A DNA stretch of 63,325 nucleotides, filler included, from Octopus bimaculoides (Eukaryota), in assembly GCF_001194135.2 (NCBI RefSeq). It is 7 parts of 7 records of this genome, joined end to end, with 100 filler letters (N's around TTAATTAATTAA, not from the genome) between each part and the next. Parts side by side here need not be neighbours in the genome. Positions count along the whole stretch, not along the records: positions 19,645 to 34,878 come from NC_068982.1; positions 34,979 to 43,931 come from NC_068998.1; 5 more parts are not named here. One strand, given 5' to 3'. The notes beneath the pieces were generated by a model. The model had not been told where the DNA came from and ran no database searches. It saw nothing but the letters and a program-made list of their open reading frames with translations. Position 1 is the first letter of the stretch, and each line of letters starts with the position of its first letter. Positions 24,174 to 37,741 of the stretch are shown piece after piece. The translations under genes were made by a program, and so were the position numbers.

Positions 24174-24689
24174 CAGATAATGTATATGCTTTTAAACTGG
24201 TAAAAGTTATTCTGTTGAGACTACTAAATATGACACATTTGAGTAAATACAGATGCAGAATGTTATCTATATGAAATATTAACGATTTTAAGTACATCTG
24301 TAATATGTATATTTCCAATGGTGTTACCGCTATTTTGTTCCAAGTCACACCTGATTGTGTAGTCCTATAAACAAAAACATTTCTCCAATGATCATTCGTC
24401 TTTTAGGGACATTAATCTAAAACTACAGTTCGTGATAAAGAACCCTCCGTGTGTGAAATATTAAATCTAGGACTACATTATCTAAATGGTAGAAGGTGAT
24501 TTAAAGAGGACGTAGCAGCTATATCTAGTCGGTCAAGTGACCACATAGAGGATCCCTTGTTGACGCACAGCATTTTTGTTGTCGTTTAGTCCAAGTGAGC
24601 CTTATCCAACAGACCTTTGATTAAAAGTATTCCAGCCCTGACCATCCCATCAATTTTATGTATAGTGTACTCGGACTAAATTAATTTGC

Positions 24690-25210
24690 CCTTTCATTTT
24701 CTAAAATGGTAGCGTCAGTGGCTTTGCTAGAGTCTGTACTGTCCCAGCGGTCTTTGGGTTTAGCGACCCTCTATGGAAAGCACCATTATATACACCGAGC
24801 ATACACAAAAAGGCAAAACAGGCGAAACGATGTGTTAGTTTTCTTGTTCGTTCTTTAGGTGAAGCACTTTGACGCATCACTTTACCGAAATCAGAATCTA
24901 GACTTTGAACCACAACCAGGCTTGATATACAAAAGCGGTTTGTTGTTAATCTTGCTTGGCCATAGGCCAACATCTTTTAAGGGCTTTTCTTAGCTACACA
25001 AGTCATCGCATGAAGCCGACGAGTTACTTGAAGCTGAAAAATTACTTGAATTTGATGATGGCTTCAATTCAGAAACTACTTCAACTTCAACAGTTGTAAT
25101 TTCTTTATGACTAAGGTATTTCAGAAGAATGCATTCTTTTAATGCTTCTTCTCTTGTCTTTCACAAAAAGCAGTTATGTTGCCTTTTATTCTCTTCATCT
25201 GGGGATACAT
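24690..25210 (-). pseudogene. Probable hAT transposase N-terminal fragment (ZMYM1/TTF-finger-like)
   Basis: MKRIK...ILLKYL...DVGLWPSKINN...QSLDSDFGK...RTRKLT with frameshifts; the resemblance is by eye only. Confidence 0.4.
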
Positions 25211-25619
25211 TGGTGGAATAATAAAATATTTATCAATTTCTTGAAAATTTGGCTGAGAAAACATAAAGTTGCTTCTTGATGTTGAGTTTTTTTAGCACAC
25301 TAAACGAAAAATAGGGAAATTGTATGGAGTCAGTCAAAAAAAGAAGTGGAACATTATCCTCAAGTGTTTTGAAGATTTAAGATAAGCTTGAATCGGGAAT
25401 CTCGAATTTAATAAAGATTGACAAGGAGTAAATATATGCCTCACAAAAACATTTCGTAAGCTCAGAAAATGGCTGAATTATAACTGTGCATCTCCTCAAA
25501 AACATTAGGAGACAATATCTCGCACAGAAAAACAAAGATTATTATTATTATTGTTGTTGTTGTTGTTGTTGCTGTTGTCGCCGTCGTCGTTGTTGTTGTT
25601 GTTTTGACTCTCGCTGTTC

Positions 25620-25777
25620 TATTTGCGGTTCTTTACTTGAAAGCAGGAAATAACAAATCACCAAAGGTTTCAAGTAGTGCCTTTTCCTTTGACACAAAGA
25701 GACAAGGGAGAAGGCACTACTTGAAACTTTTAGTGATTTGTTATTGCCTGCCTTCAAGTAAAGAACAACCGCAAATA
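25620..25777. repeat. Hairpin/MITE-like palindrome (~158 bp) between (TTG)n and (TTA)n
   Basis: ATTTGCGGTT..CTTTACTTGAA...TTTCAAGTAGTGCCTT pairs with its reverse complement. The ORF track shows the same peptide (KAGNNKS.KVSSSAFS) on both strands. Confidence 0.8.
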
Positions 25778-25785
25778 AATTGTTA

Positions 25786-25871
<86 letters not shown>

Positions 25872-26403
25872 TACTTTTAATCTTCATATAGTTACAATCA
25901 CTTGCCGAGACACCCAGCGTCCTGAGGCGAGTGAAGGATAAGAGATGTTACAGTATGACTAAAAGCTTGGGGAGGGGGAGTAACAGGGGAAGTAGTGACA
26001 TATCTTCATGTAATACAACACAGACATTTAAATGGATAGGGTTTTTCTAAGGATGAGGGCATTACTTGTCAGCACAATCTTTTGGATATCTCTGAAACAT
26101 AATTCTTCTGGGATCTTATCTAGATGTTTCTGACATCCTTTTTTATCATACCTAGGGCACCTACAATAACAGGAACAGTCCTCGTTTTAAGATGCCACAT
26201 CTTTTGTATTTGAATTTCCAGGTCCTTATATTTACTTAATTTGTCAAATTCTTTTACAGATATATTTGCATTAGTGGGAACACTTACATCCATTAGTCTA
26301 CAAATATTTTCTTCCTTGTCTCTAATAATTATATCCGATCGATTAGCCCAGATTGTTTTGTCAGTGTTGACTGGAAAATCCTAGCAGATAGTGACATTTT
26401 TAC
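25872..26403 (-). mobile_element. R4/Dong-type non-LTR element B, 5'-truncated (RLE domain + 3' UTR + (TAA)n tail)
   Basis: DFPVNTDKTIWANRSDIIIRDKEENICRLMDVSVP...KYKDLEIQIQKMWHLK...VPVIVGALG...IQKIVL...ILRK; followed by ~28 TAA units. Confidence 0.8.
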
Positions 26404-26447
26404 CTTCTTATTTTACGTTATTATTAATATTATTGTTGTTGATGTTG

Positions 26448-26479
<32 letters not shown>

Positions 26480-26521
26480 GGTAGTGGTGGTGGTATTTTT
26501 GTTGTTGTTGTTGTTCTTGTT

Positions 26522-29500
26522 CATATACACACAACAGATTAGACTTTTGGAAAAGAAAAATCCTAATAGCGGGCTACAAGTAACCCTCTAAGTATTCTAG
26601 CGGTCCCTAATAACACTGTTTCCTGGAGCTGTACCAAACTGGGTTTTATGCCTATTTCCTCTATTTCCTCTGTTTAGATCTTTAGGAATAGTTCCTGATA
26701 CACCTATAACTGCTGGGATACATTTTACGCGCACTTTCCATAGTCTCTGTAATTCAATGGCTAGGTCCTGCTACTTTGCTATTTTTTCTATAGCTCTCAT
26801 ATAGATTTTTTCATCCTTTGGAACTGTGAAGTCAATTATCAGGCACTTTCTAGTCTCTTTGTCTACTATTACTAAATCAGGATTTCTAGCTTCTATTACT
26901 CTGGCAGTCTGAATGTTAAAGTCCCACAACGTCTTGTATTTTTTACTTTCTCGTACTTTACTACATTCATGTTCATACCAGTTATCAGTATCTTCAAATC
27001 CTTGCTTTCTACATAACTCCTAGTGGATTAATCTCCTTAGGTTGTCATGACTTTTCTTGTATTCCTTCTGTGCTAGCACGCTACATTCACCTACTATATG
27101 AGTAACGCTTTCCTCTTTTGCTTTGCATAACCTACATTGGGAATCTACTTGGTTTTTGTCTAACTTGGTTTTTATTCAATTAATTCGTAATGCTTGATCT
27201 TGTGCTGCTACTACAAACTTTCTATCTCCCTTTTCAGCCCTCCTTTCTGCAACCATAACTATGTCTCACTACTACTATTTGCTGAAAATCTACCATACAA
27301 CGCCTTCTCCTGCCAGTCAGATAACTTTTGCTTTTTTTTATGATTTTTAACTCCGTTCGGGTCTTTGGTTTCCCTATGCCTTGCTGTGACTCTAGCAGCT
27401 TTTAATAAACTTTCTTCACTATTACCTACATAGGAGTCTATATCTACTCTAGCTAACTCCACGCAGTCTTCTACTGATATCAACCCTCTTCCGCCTTCAT
27501 TTCTAGGTTGGTATAATCTTGCTACTTCTGCCCTTGGATGGAGTCCTCTATTCATATTGGATTCCTTCCTAGTTCTTCTGTCTAGCTTTGCTAATTCAGC
27601 TTTTGTCCAATCTACAAATTATCTACGTATCTACGTAATTATACTGCCCAAGTATTTACAGCCTTCACTAGATTCGGACCATTTAGCTTTGACTTCATTA
27701 GCTTCCTCACCCTTCTGATGTACTCCTCAATTTTCATTTTCATTTCTGTAGTTAGTACTCTAAAAGATTCTAATTCTCCTAGATACTTATAACTCTCTCC
27801 TCCCTTCAATGATTTTAATGCCTGGCCATATGGTAATCGGATGCCTTCGCTGTTGACTACCTGTCCCCTTCTCATGACTAATATTTCAAACTAATCTATG
27901 CCAAATTCCATGCCCACATCTTTGCTGAAGAGTCTTACAGTCTGTATTAAGGAATGTATCTCTTTTTCATTCTCACTAAAAAGCTTCAGATCATCCATGT
28001 AGAGCAAATGGTTAATTATTCCATTACTACTTCTGAACTGATACCCTGCCTGTTCCTTCTTTAATACTAAACTGAGGGGGATCAAATATAGAACAAATAT
28101 TAAAGGCGACAACGAGTCCCCCTGGAAAATTCCTCTTTTGATAACTTACCATAAGAGTGTGTCACCTTAGTAGAGATCTAATTTTCATTTCTTCTTGCTA
28201 AAGCTAATTAATTCTCTTATGTTGTCTGCTATACTGAACATACTCAAACATTCACTTATCTATGGTTGTGGGATCATGTCATAGGCTTTCCTATAATCTA
28301 TCCATGCTATTGTTAGATTTTCCTTTCTAGTTCTTACTTCATTTAGAACTGCTTTGTCTATATATAATAGACTATGCGTTCCTCTAGCCTTCTTTCTACA
28401 TCATTTCTGTTCTTCTGGCAGTAAATTCTGGTTATCACGGTGCTTGTAAATGCTTTCTGAAAGCATTCCTGTTAACAGCTTCCACACTAATGGTAAGCAA
28501 GTGATTGGTCTATAGTTCCTAGCTGTATTACCCTTGCTTTCTTTCATAATGAGTATTTTCCTCCCTCTAGTCATCCAATCTGGTATTATTCTTCCATTAA
28601 GGCAATCCTGAAGTTGTTCCCTCAGCCTCCCATGTAAACTACTGAATTTCTTTAGCCAGTACCCTTGAACTAAATCTGGCCCTGGGCCCTTCCAATTCGG
28701 CATTTCCCCAACACTTTACACATTAATGCACTAGTTAATCTTAGATCTGGCTGCTTCCCACTCATTACTTTTCCCCTCACTTTCTTTTACCATACTGCAT
28801 CTCCATTATGATTGACTGGTTTATCCCAAATATTATTCCAGAACTTTCTAGCTACCTCTGCATTAGGTTTCTCAGCTTCAGTATTTTGTTCTCCACTATT
28901 TATTTAGTTATGAAATCTCCTCTGGTCTGTCTCAAATAGTCTATTCTGTTGATCCTGATCTATTCTTTTCTGATATCTGGAGAGTTTACCTGCCACTGCT
29001 ATAATACGCTGTTTCAACTCTTCTATTACTGTCCCAAATCCTTTCTCTTTGACTAAATAACTTTTCTCGCGGGAAGATTTGCATCTTTTTTTCCTAACTT
29101 GTTCAGTTTCCAGGCTTCTATTCTACTCAGATCTTGTCTTGAAGTCTTCATTTTATTTTGTAGTCTCCTTTTCCACATTTGCTCTTTTTTAATCTTTCCC
29201 TGTGAGATATCTAATCTTCTGGTGACTACTACCCCTCCTGCATAGCACAATAAGTTAGTGTCTTCTATATTTTTAGTATCTATCCTCTTGATAACAGAAT
29301 TTACTTTCTTGGTCATTTCTTGTAGCTTCTTTCTGTTGATGTCTTTTAATGTGGGCAATCATTTTCTTACTTTTTTACTCATTACTTTCTGCATCTCATC
29401 TAAAATCTTCTGATCTTCTTCACTTAAATCACTAAAGCCGTTGGTGCCAGTTGTTCCTTCCTTATTGGTAGCGCTATCATCATTTTTTCTCCTTCAGGTT

Positions 29501-30108
29501 CTTCTTTGGTTTGAGCTGTATCTCTTATGTTGTTTTTTGTCTTTCCCACTACCTGGTCTTTCTCTTGTGATCTCTTCTATCTCCACTTCTGCCTTCTACT
29601 ATCTTCTCCTAATAGTATTAGCTTGATCTACTAATCTCTACTCAATCACTTTAAACATACTCTTCTCTACCCAAAGTGTTAACATCTGTTTTCTATAGCT
29701 CCTTCTTTTAGGTTCACTTTCTAAGTAACACTGCATCACTATCCTGTTTTCTTCGCTGGTCCACTTCCTCCTCCTTACTCTGTTATCTGCTGATGCTGCA
29801 TTAGGATGACAGTTGTGGTCAGTTTGCATCGTTACTGATCCACTGTCGAGCGAGAGGCCTTCCCATAAAGGTCCAGCTTCATTTTCGCTGTTACAGCCAG
29901 AGTTTTTCGGACACTCCAGTCTCTCATCTTTCAATTCTGTTTCCTTTTCTTGCCGAGTGCCTTCCGGTATACGTTAAAATAATCACACCAGATTGTTCAT
30001 TTACATGTGATAGAAAAAAAGGGGAAGAAAGACAGAGGGAAAAAGAAAAATATATAAATTGTGAAAGTAAACAAAGAAAATAAAGGGCAATGGAGAAAAT
30101 TCACTTAT
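26522..30108 (-). mobile_element. R4/Dong-type non-LTR retrotransposon A, near full length but disrupted
   Basis: RT motifs GPGPD, NYRPITCLP, GIFQGDSLSPL, HLLYMDDLKL and YKYLG; LY.PR.EGGRGL; CCHC finger CRLCK..EESVTHIVGEC; RLE PDLVIVDK...IIDFTVP; C-terminal ETVLLGTARILR. Many stops and frameshifts. The 5' boundary is approximate. Confidence 0.88.
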
Positions 30109-30122
30109 CATTGTTGTTGTTG

Positions 30123-30189
<67 letters not shown>

Positions 30190-30427
30190 CATTGCTTCTA
30201 CTGTTATTATCTCTTTATGACAGATTTTGTTGGAGGTCCTGGAGTTTTGCATGCGTAGCGGGCTTACTACAATATTTTACCACAAATACCAGTGTTAGAA
30301 TTCTGAGATTGATTATTTATAAATCTTAAATGTGTATACATTACATATATATAGATATAGACAGATAGATACACACACACACACACACACATACACACAC
30401 ACACACACACACACATACACACACACA

Positions 30428-30601
30428 TATGGTGTGGCAGTGTGGTAAGAACCTTGCTTCTCAGCCACATGGTCTCGGGTTCAGTACTACTGCGTGGCAT
30501 CTTGAGTTAGTCTCTTCTAGTATAGTCTCGGGTCGAACAAAGCTTTGTGAGTTGATATGGCATGTGTGTGTGTATGTACGTATGCATGTGTGTGTGTGTG
30601 A

Positions 30602-30660
<59 letters not shown>

Positions 30661-30875
30661 TGTGTGTCTGTGTGTTTGTGTGTGTCTATGTTTGTCCCAC
30701 TGCTTGACAAAAGGTGGTGGTGTGTTTATGACCCCGTAACTTAACGGTCCGGCTAAGATACTGATGGAATAGGTATTAGGCTTCGAAAATAATAAGTCCT
30801 ATGGTCGACTTGTTCGCCTAAAACCCTTCAAGGCGGTGCCTCAGCATGACCAAAGTCAAATAACTGAAACAAATG
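30428..30875 (+). mobile_element. SINE family B, full length, diverged
   Basis: tRNA-like head, internal (TG)n, and 3' body ...AAGGCGGTGCCTCAGCATGACC...ACTGAAACAA. Confidence 0.75.
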
Positions 30876-30904
30876 AGGGTTCAGTAAGAGAAAGCAGTAA
30901 TTAT

Positions 30905-31590
30905 GTTCTATGGACGCGCATGTGTCCCTTAAGGCCCGCTGTGCTTTGAAACCTTTTGGCAAACTGAAGAAGGTGAAGACTCAGTTTGTTCGAGTGCCTG
31001 TGGATCATTTAGTATCTATTTTCTTGAGTGGACAGAAAGGCCTGCTTTGCTCCGTTGCCACAAAACCACAATGACAGATAAGGTTTTCATTTGGTGGATC
31101 AGCGTTCTGTCAGCGTGTCTTCATGCTTGCATAAAGTTAATCCCGAGGTTGGAGTCAACTTTGCTCAAATTTTTGAAATGAGAAGCAGGACTGTCACCAG
31201 GTCTTACGTTCTGATTCTTTGTCTTCCCAGGAAGAAACTGGGAATGTTGCATTGCTTCAGATTGTCTCTTAGTTTCTCTGTCAAGCGGAAGAGTGGTTTT
31301 CCAATTGACCTTCCTGTTGGGAATTGGCCAAAGAGGAGTTGCTTCAGAATTCTGATATCACCCATGCACGAGAGATGACCTGACCATCTAAGCTGTATTT
31401 TGATGAGGATGGCTTTAATGTCTGATATGTTGCATTTTTTTAGCACCTCACTGTTACGAATATAGCCGCTCAATTTCATATTAGAGATACTACGCAAACA
31501 TCGCATATGAAAAGCGTCAAACTAGCTGATGTACTTTCAGTACAGGGTCCAAGATTCAGCACCATAAAGCAACGATGTCAAAACCATATA
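30905..31590 (-). pseudogene. RTE-clade LINE 3' fragment
   Basis: LLYGAESWTL...FHMRCLRSI...IRNSEVL...QLRWSGHL..M.D.RI.KQLLFG...GRSIGKP; C-terminal GHMRVH finger remnant. Confidence 0.75.
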
Positions 31591-33249
31591 TACACAAATA
31601 CATATTAGTACACACATACACACAAACATATACACACCACAAGCACACACTTATGCATACGTATAGATATAAAAATATATAATCTATTTGTAGATGTATG
31701 AATTATTTCCAGTTTTTATAATTATTTCATTTATGCATTTATTTGATTGTTGTACAGTACACGTTTTTAAGGTGTTACACGTTTACATTCACGCCTTTTC
31801 TTTATTACGAAGTGGTGAGATCATTTGGCTCTAATATCTATGTGATTGAAATTAACTTCTGAGACTCAGATCTTGAGTATCACTGTTCTTAAAGCATGCA
31901 GAGTAAATTTATCTCTCTCCACAATCTGACGTTTCTGGGTGAGGTATTTATTATTCCCTACCATTCCTTATATATTTAATTAACAAGCCACTACTTAGCG
32001 CTTAAATAGGCATTATGTATGACAGAACTATTTTTAGAGGATCACATTTCTTACTATTGTTGGAAATTTACAACACTATGTAGCATTTTTATGGAAAACA
32101 TTGTCTGGTATATTGTATCTTTTTAGAGTCCCAAAAGAAAAAGAAAAGGGAGACATTTCTTTTCAAGACAGACCAAAAGTACCACACTACCACAACGCCG
32201 CCCAGTACAGATCAACCCCTTGCCTCCTTTTATCTATGCTATTGAGTAACGTGTGATTTGTGGAAGACAACTATTTAAGTAAGTCGAACAATTATGTAGA
32301 GGCTCCATCATTTTCTGTTCGCTGACTTTGAATGCTTTATGAATTTGCTTCGTTTTTCGTATAACCAGTTCCGTTTTCTGCATGCAGAATAGATAATGCT
32401 GAACAGAATAAAAAGGCGTGCACTTGATATCCAAATAACTTACTTGAAAAGTGAAACTTTGAAAAGCAAAATTCAAACATTTTTCTCAGTCATAATTGAT
32501 AAAAAAAAAAAAGACTTTTTATTTTTAATTGCTACTAAGATATGAGGGCAACTATTGAAACAATCAACCAATCGTATATAAAAGCTATATAACAGTGACA
32601 TCCTTACTTCTTGGTATCTGTAAAAAACTTAAAATGTAATACTTGGAACTCGAAACTGCACCTAGTTGAAACCTTTTACGGATATGATGTCTCAAAATTC
32701 ACGCTCAAATTTTATTTATCACAAACCTGTGTCTTATATACATTTCTAGATTAGTTATAAAAAAGACTTAATGTTAAACCCATTCTTGAATCAATACAAA
32801 CATCGGTTTACTATTAAAACATTTTATAAATCGATAAACACCATCACAACAAGGCTCCCTGTATTTTTTTCTGCACATTTCTAAACTGGCAATTGAACTA
32901 GTCAAGTTATATCTTCTAATTACAGCTTATAGTAAAATAAAGCTTGTACTTGACATAATAATCATCGAAAGAGAGAAAAAAATAATAACACAAAGACTTA
33001 TCAAAATCAGATACAATTTATTTCTTATTTGATATTTCCATTTTTGTTTTATATTAATCATATAACAATTATGATCATTGAACATTGCACCTTATGAGTG
33101 AATAGAATTTCTTTTCATCAAGTTCCTGTAAATGTATATCGAATCATACACAAGCAATTATATGCATGCACATATCCATTTGTGTGTATGTGTGAACTTA
33201 CACGCATCTATGTGCGAGTATGTGCATATGTTAAAATACTTTTGTGGTG

Positions 33250-33314
<65 letters not shown>

Positions 33315-33412
33315 AAAAAACATATGAGAACGTCAATGAGTGTGAAATTACTTATACATTTGTATGTGAGTGTATTACATTCATATATGTGTATGTATAC
33401 GTGCATAAGGCT

Positions 33413-33920
33413 GAAGCTCTTCGCCAACTTCAAGGCAACTCCTATTGCCCTCTGCCCTCCAATCCCACGCCTAACTACCAACAGACTGTGTCCTCCACTT
33501 TGTATGACCTCATCTCTTCTTTCCGTCCCCCTCCCATCGCCTCCAACCTTATTGTTCGCACTCCACGCACCCCCATCATTTACTTCTTTCCCAAAATCCA
33601 CAAGCCCAACAACCCTGGCCGCCCCATCGTCTCCTCCTGTAACTGCCCCGCGGAAATGATCTCAAAATACCCCAGCCATGTCCTTGCACCCTTAGTGGCA
33701 TCTCTTCCGTCCCACATCTACGACACTAACAATGTCTCTTCAGCTCTTTCTCCTTAACTCCTGGCCCCTCTAAACTTCTCTTCAGTCTTGATATCGTGAG
33801 TCTATATACGCTGATCCCATACAACGAAGGACTTCTTGCACTCAAACATTTCCTAGACCTTCGACTTAACCCCCAACGTGATACCTCCACACTTCGTCTG
33901 GCTGAACTTGTTCTTTCTCG
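33413..33920 (+). pseudogene. Penelope-like (Neptune-type) reverse transcriptase fragment
   Basis: PRTPIIYFFPKIHKPNNPGRPIVSSCNCPAEMIS...LAPLVASLPSHIYDT...LFSLDIVSLYT.IP.NEGL.AL..FL. Confidence 0.8.
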
Positions 33921-33924
33921 CAAA

Positions 33925-34190
33925 AAAACGATGATCCTACATTGCGAAAGTGGGGGTTGCGTTGGTCCGTGAAAATCATCGCTCGGCTGTCCATGAAGTA
34001 TCCAAAGATGTAGGTATCTGTAAAAGTTTGTCTCATGATATTAAAAGAAAAATTTAAAATGCATCACGTTGCCGCAAAGTTTGCTCTTCGTTTGCAGATA
34101 GTTAAGCAAAAAGAGAACCCAAATCTTTACCAGCCTGGAGTTATTTGATCGTTCGAATGTTAATGAAAACGTTTTAAAAAGTGTGCTCTA
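33925..34190 (+). pseudogene. Mariner transposase HTH-region fragment
   Basis: Frameshifted LVRENHR..V.EV..DVGI...MHHVAAKF..RL...QKE. Confidence 0.55.
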
Positions 34191-34689
34191 GCACACAAAT
34201 TTTGTGTGTGTAAATGCTATTGTTCTTTTTGTTATTTTGTTATTCTTATTGTTGCAGTTATTCTTATTGTTGCATGATATTATAGCCATCTTCAATGTTT
34301 GAGAAGTCCTTAATATTTTTCTTTCGAAATTTCAATATGACGGTTCGAAATTTTGTGTTCATGATTTTTTTTTTTTTTTTTTTTTCAGTGTTTGGTGGTT
34401 GGATCGACTTATGACGATGTGGATACATAGGAAGCTGGAGAATAGTGAGGAATCACAGAACAAAAGAGCGGAATTAATAGAGGCTGGCAGAAAAGGAAGG
34501 ACGAGTCCGATCTAAAAGCATGTATATGAAAGAAGGCAATGACGTCTACAAAACGCAATTCGCAGTCGAGCGAAAAGTGAACCAGATCTTAATAAAAATA
34601 AGGGAGATCATGTACAACGGTTGATTAAGTAGGGTCGAAATATAAGAAACAAGTAACCGGCGTTGCTCGGGATTACAATGGCATAGTTT

Positions 34690-34878
34690 TTTATTGTTTT
34701 ACTTGTTTCAGTCATGTGACAGCGGCCATGCTGGGGTACCGCCTTTAGTCAAACAAGTCGATCCCAGGATTTATTTAAGCCTAGTACTTATTCTATCGAT
34801 GTCTTTTTCCGAACCGCTAAGTAATGGAAACGTCGATTGTCAGACATTGGTGGACACACACACACACACACACACACA
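34690..34878 (-). mobile_element. SINE family B, 3' half
   Basis: TTTTACTTGTTTCAGTC...GGCCATGCTGG...CCGCCTTTAGTC...CCGAACCGCTAAG, then (CA)n and a spacer. Confidence 0.7.
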
Positions 34879-34978
34879 NNNNNNNNNNNNNNNNNNNNNN
34901 NNNNNNNNNNNNNNNNNNNNNNTTAATTAATTAANNNNNNNNNNNNNNNNNNNNNNNNNNNNNNNNNNNNNNNNNNNN

Positions 34979-35037
<59 letters not shown>

Positions 35038-35442
35038 ATATTAAGTGGTTACTTTGCTCTGGGAAGAAATTCGTCATTTTGCAAAATGACAACAAAAAGT
35101 AAAATAAACTGAAACACATTTGAAGCAAAAAGATGCAATTGAAATGCAAAAATGCAAAGGAAAAAAAAAAGGAAAACAAAAATGATAAAAAAAAAAGACA
35201 ACAAAAATATGGAAACAAAAAGAAGAATGAAACATGAAAACATTTTGGTTTTCTTGTTTGAAATAATTCCGCCATTTTGTAATATTGTTTTTTATTTGGT
35301 TCCGTTTATTCGTTGTATGATTGGCGACATTGCTATCAGGTTGTAACATAGAAAAACATGGCATATATATTGTCATACAACCCTTTTATTTCAGATTGTT
35401 CAAATGTCTTTCTTTCTCTCTCTGGTGGTGGTGGTGGTAGGG

Positions 35443-35473
<31 letters not shown>

Positions 35474-35631
35474 CGACGACGATGGTGATGACGATGATGA
35501 CGACGATGATGATAGTGATGATGCTGATGACGATGTTAGTGTAATGGTGGTAGGGGTGGTGACGGTGGTGGTAATGATTGTATTGATAATGATGATGGTG
35601 ATAGCGTTGGTGAAGAAGGTATAGATAGTTA

Positions 35632-35784
35632 ACGTCGTGTTTCCATTATACTGAGGGAAATAGTGAAGGGAGCATGCTGCGTGGTGGGTTTAATGGGATG
35701 GTCCTGCAGCATGGATCGTCCCATTAACCCACCACGTAGCATGCCACCTTCGCTGTTTCCCTCAGTATAATGGAAACACGATGT
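35632..35784. repeat. Hairpin/MITE-like palindrome (~153 bp)
   Basis: Arms are ~72 bp and include a perfect 26-bp match (35635-35660 vs 35756-35781); ~8-nt loop. Confidence 0.8.
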
Positions 35785-36227
35785 AACTCACAGTCTACGG
35801 ATATATCTTCCGAGAATGACTTTATTTACTTACTACAGGATGAAATTCCGTGGATTATAGTAACACCAATCTACAGCGAATGACTTCCTTGCGGGTTCGA
35901 ATAATGTCTCAAGCATATATGAACTAGTAACAAGTTTGTATTATATATACATATACATATACCTACACACACNNNNNNNNNNNNNNNNNNNNNNNNNNNN
36001 NNNNNNNNNNNNNNNNNNNNNNNNNNNNNNNNNNNNNNNNNNNNNNNNNNNNNNNNNNNNNNNNNNNNNNNNNNNNNNNNNNNNNNNNNNNNNNNNNNNN
36101 NNNNNNNNNNNNNNNNNNNNNNNNNNNNNNNNNNNNNNNNNNNNNNNNNNNNNNNNNNNNNNNNNNNNNNNNNNNNNNNNNNNNNNNNNNNNNNNNNNNN
36201 NNNNNNNNNNNNNNNNNNNNNNNNNNN

Positions 36228-36253
<26 letters not shown>

Positions 36254-36258
<5 letters not shown>

Positions 36259-36474
36259 TGCTGTGTCTGGGGAAAGTCATTCTCTTTTAGTGCCATATTA
36301 TTTAACACACTCACCGGTAAAGTTTCCACTCATTTGACTATTGAAAAGTTTGCAAGACTCAACGAGAATTTTAGAAAAAAATAAATAAGTAAATGAGTGG
36401 AAACTTTACCGGTGAGTGTGTTAGATAATAAGGCAATAAAAAAGAATGTCTCTCCCGAGACACAACAAGATATG
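36254..36474. repeat. Hairpin/MITE-like element (~220 bp)
   Basis: Arms are ~80 bp with a perfect 32-bp core (36304-36335 vs 36391-36422); 55-nt AT-rich loop. Confidence 0.8.
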
Positions 36475-36918
36475 CTTCAACACAAAGAATCTTGCAAACT
36501 AAATCAAAAAATGAAGTATATATATATATATATATGTATATATATCAAACACGGAGTAGACCGCCAAATTTCGTTATACTCTATGTATGTGTTTTATATT
36601 GACATTGCATTAACACACGCGAACACAGAACGCAGTAAATAAATACCTATATGTATTTTGTATAAATGTGTATTTATGATGGCGTGCGTACATATGACTA
36701 TAAATGTATGTGTGTGCCTGCGCCCGCTTTGCTCTGCGTGTGATCAATAGATGTTGTTAGTAAGGACAACAGCAGAGGAGGAAATGAAGTAAAAAGCTAT
36801 ATCGAAAGTTGTGTGGGGGTTTTTACCACAGCTGTGGGAATTTACGGTGCAGGAGTTTGTAAGAAAATGTCATTTCCGTTTTAACATGGCGTCAATTATA
36901 ATAGCTAGCGGTAATTGT

Positions 36919-36970
<52 letters not shown>

Positions 36971-37250
36971 GTAGGTAGGTAGGTAGGTAGGTAGGTAGGT
37001 AGGTAAGTAGGTAGGTATAATAGTTCATAATTTATATATGTATATGTATAATATTTTGCGTAGTGTGTATGTGCATGTGTGTGTGTTTGCATTTGTAAAT
37101 TTGTGTATATATGTATGTGTGTGTGACTGCGTATGTGTGTGGTGATGCATCAATATTCGCAATTTTGTACACCCCCCCCCTACATGCACAAAAATGTATT
37201 TTATATATGTGAATATGTAGATGAACGAATGTATTTGTTTATGCATGCAC

Positions 37251-37283
<33 letters not shown>

Positions 37284-37342
37284 GTGTATAAGTATATTTT
37301 CGTGTATTATTATATATATATGTATATATGTATGTGCATATA

Positions 37343-37400
<58 letters not shown>

Positions 37401-37741
37401 TACTTACATACATACATACATACATACATTTGTGTGTATATAATTTCCTTACATGTACGTCATTTGGCAAATTGTAAGTAGATCTTCGAGAAATTGGTAA
37501 GCTTGGTGCAATTGAGTTAAAAGCACTGCAAGAATATAGAGATAGAACTATAATTATCTCGAATATTTCACCATATTCCGTCACGTCAAACAGTCTGCTG
37601 TTGCTGCTGCTGTTGCTGCTACTGCTACTGCTGCTGCTGATTGAAGCAACCAAGGAATATATCGCTGATATCTGGAATCGTTTTCTGGTAGCACCATTTC
37701 TTGTTTCATCCGCCTTCGTTCTTTCATCAATATTATTTTCT

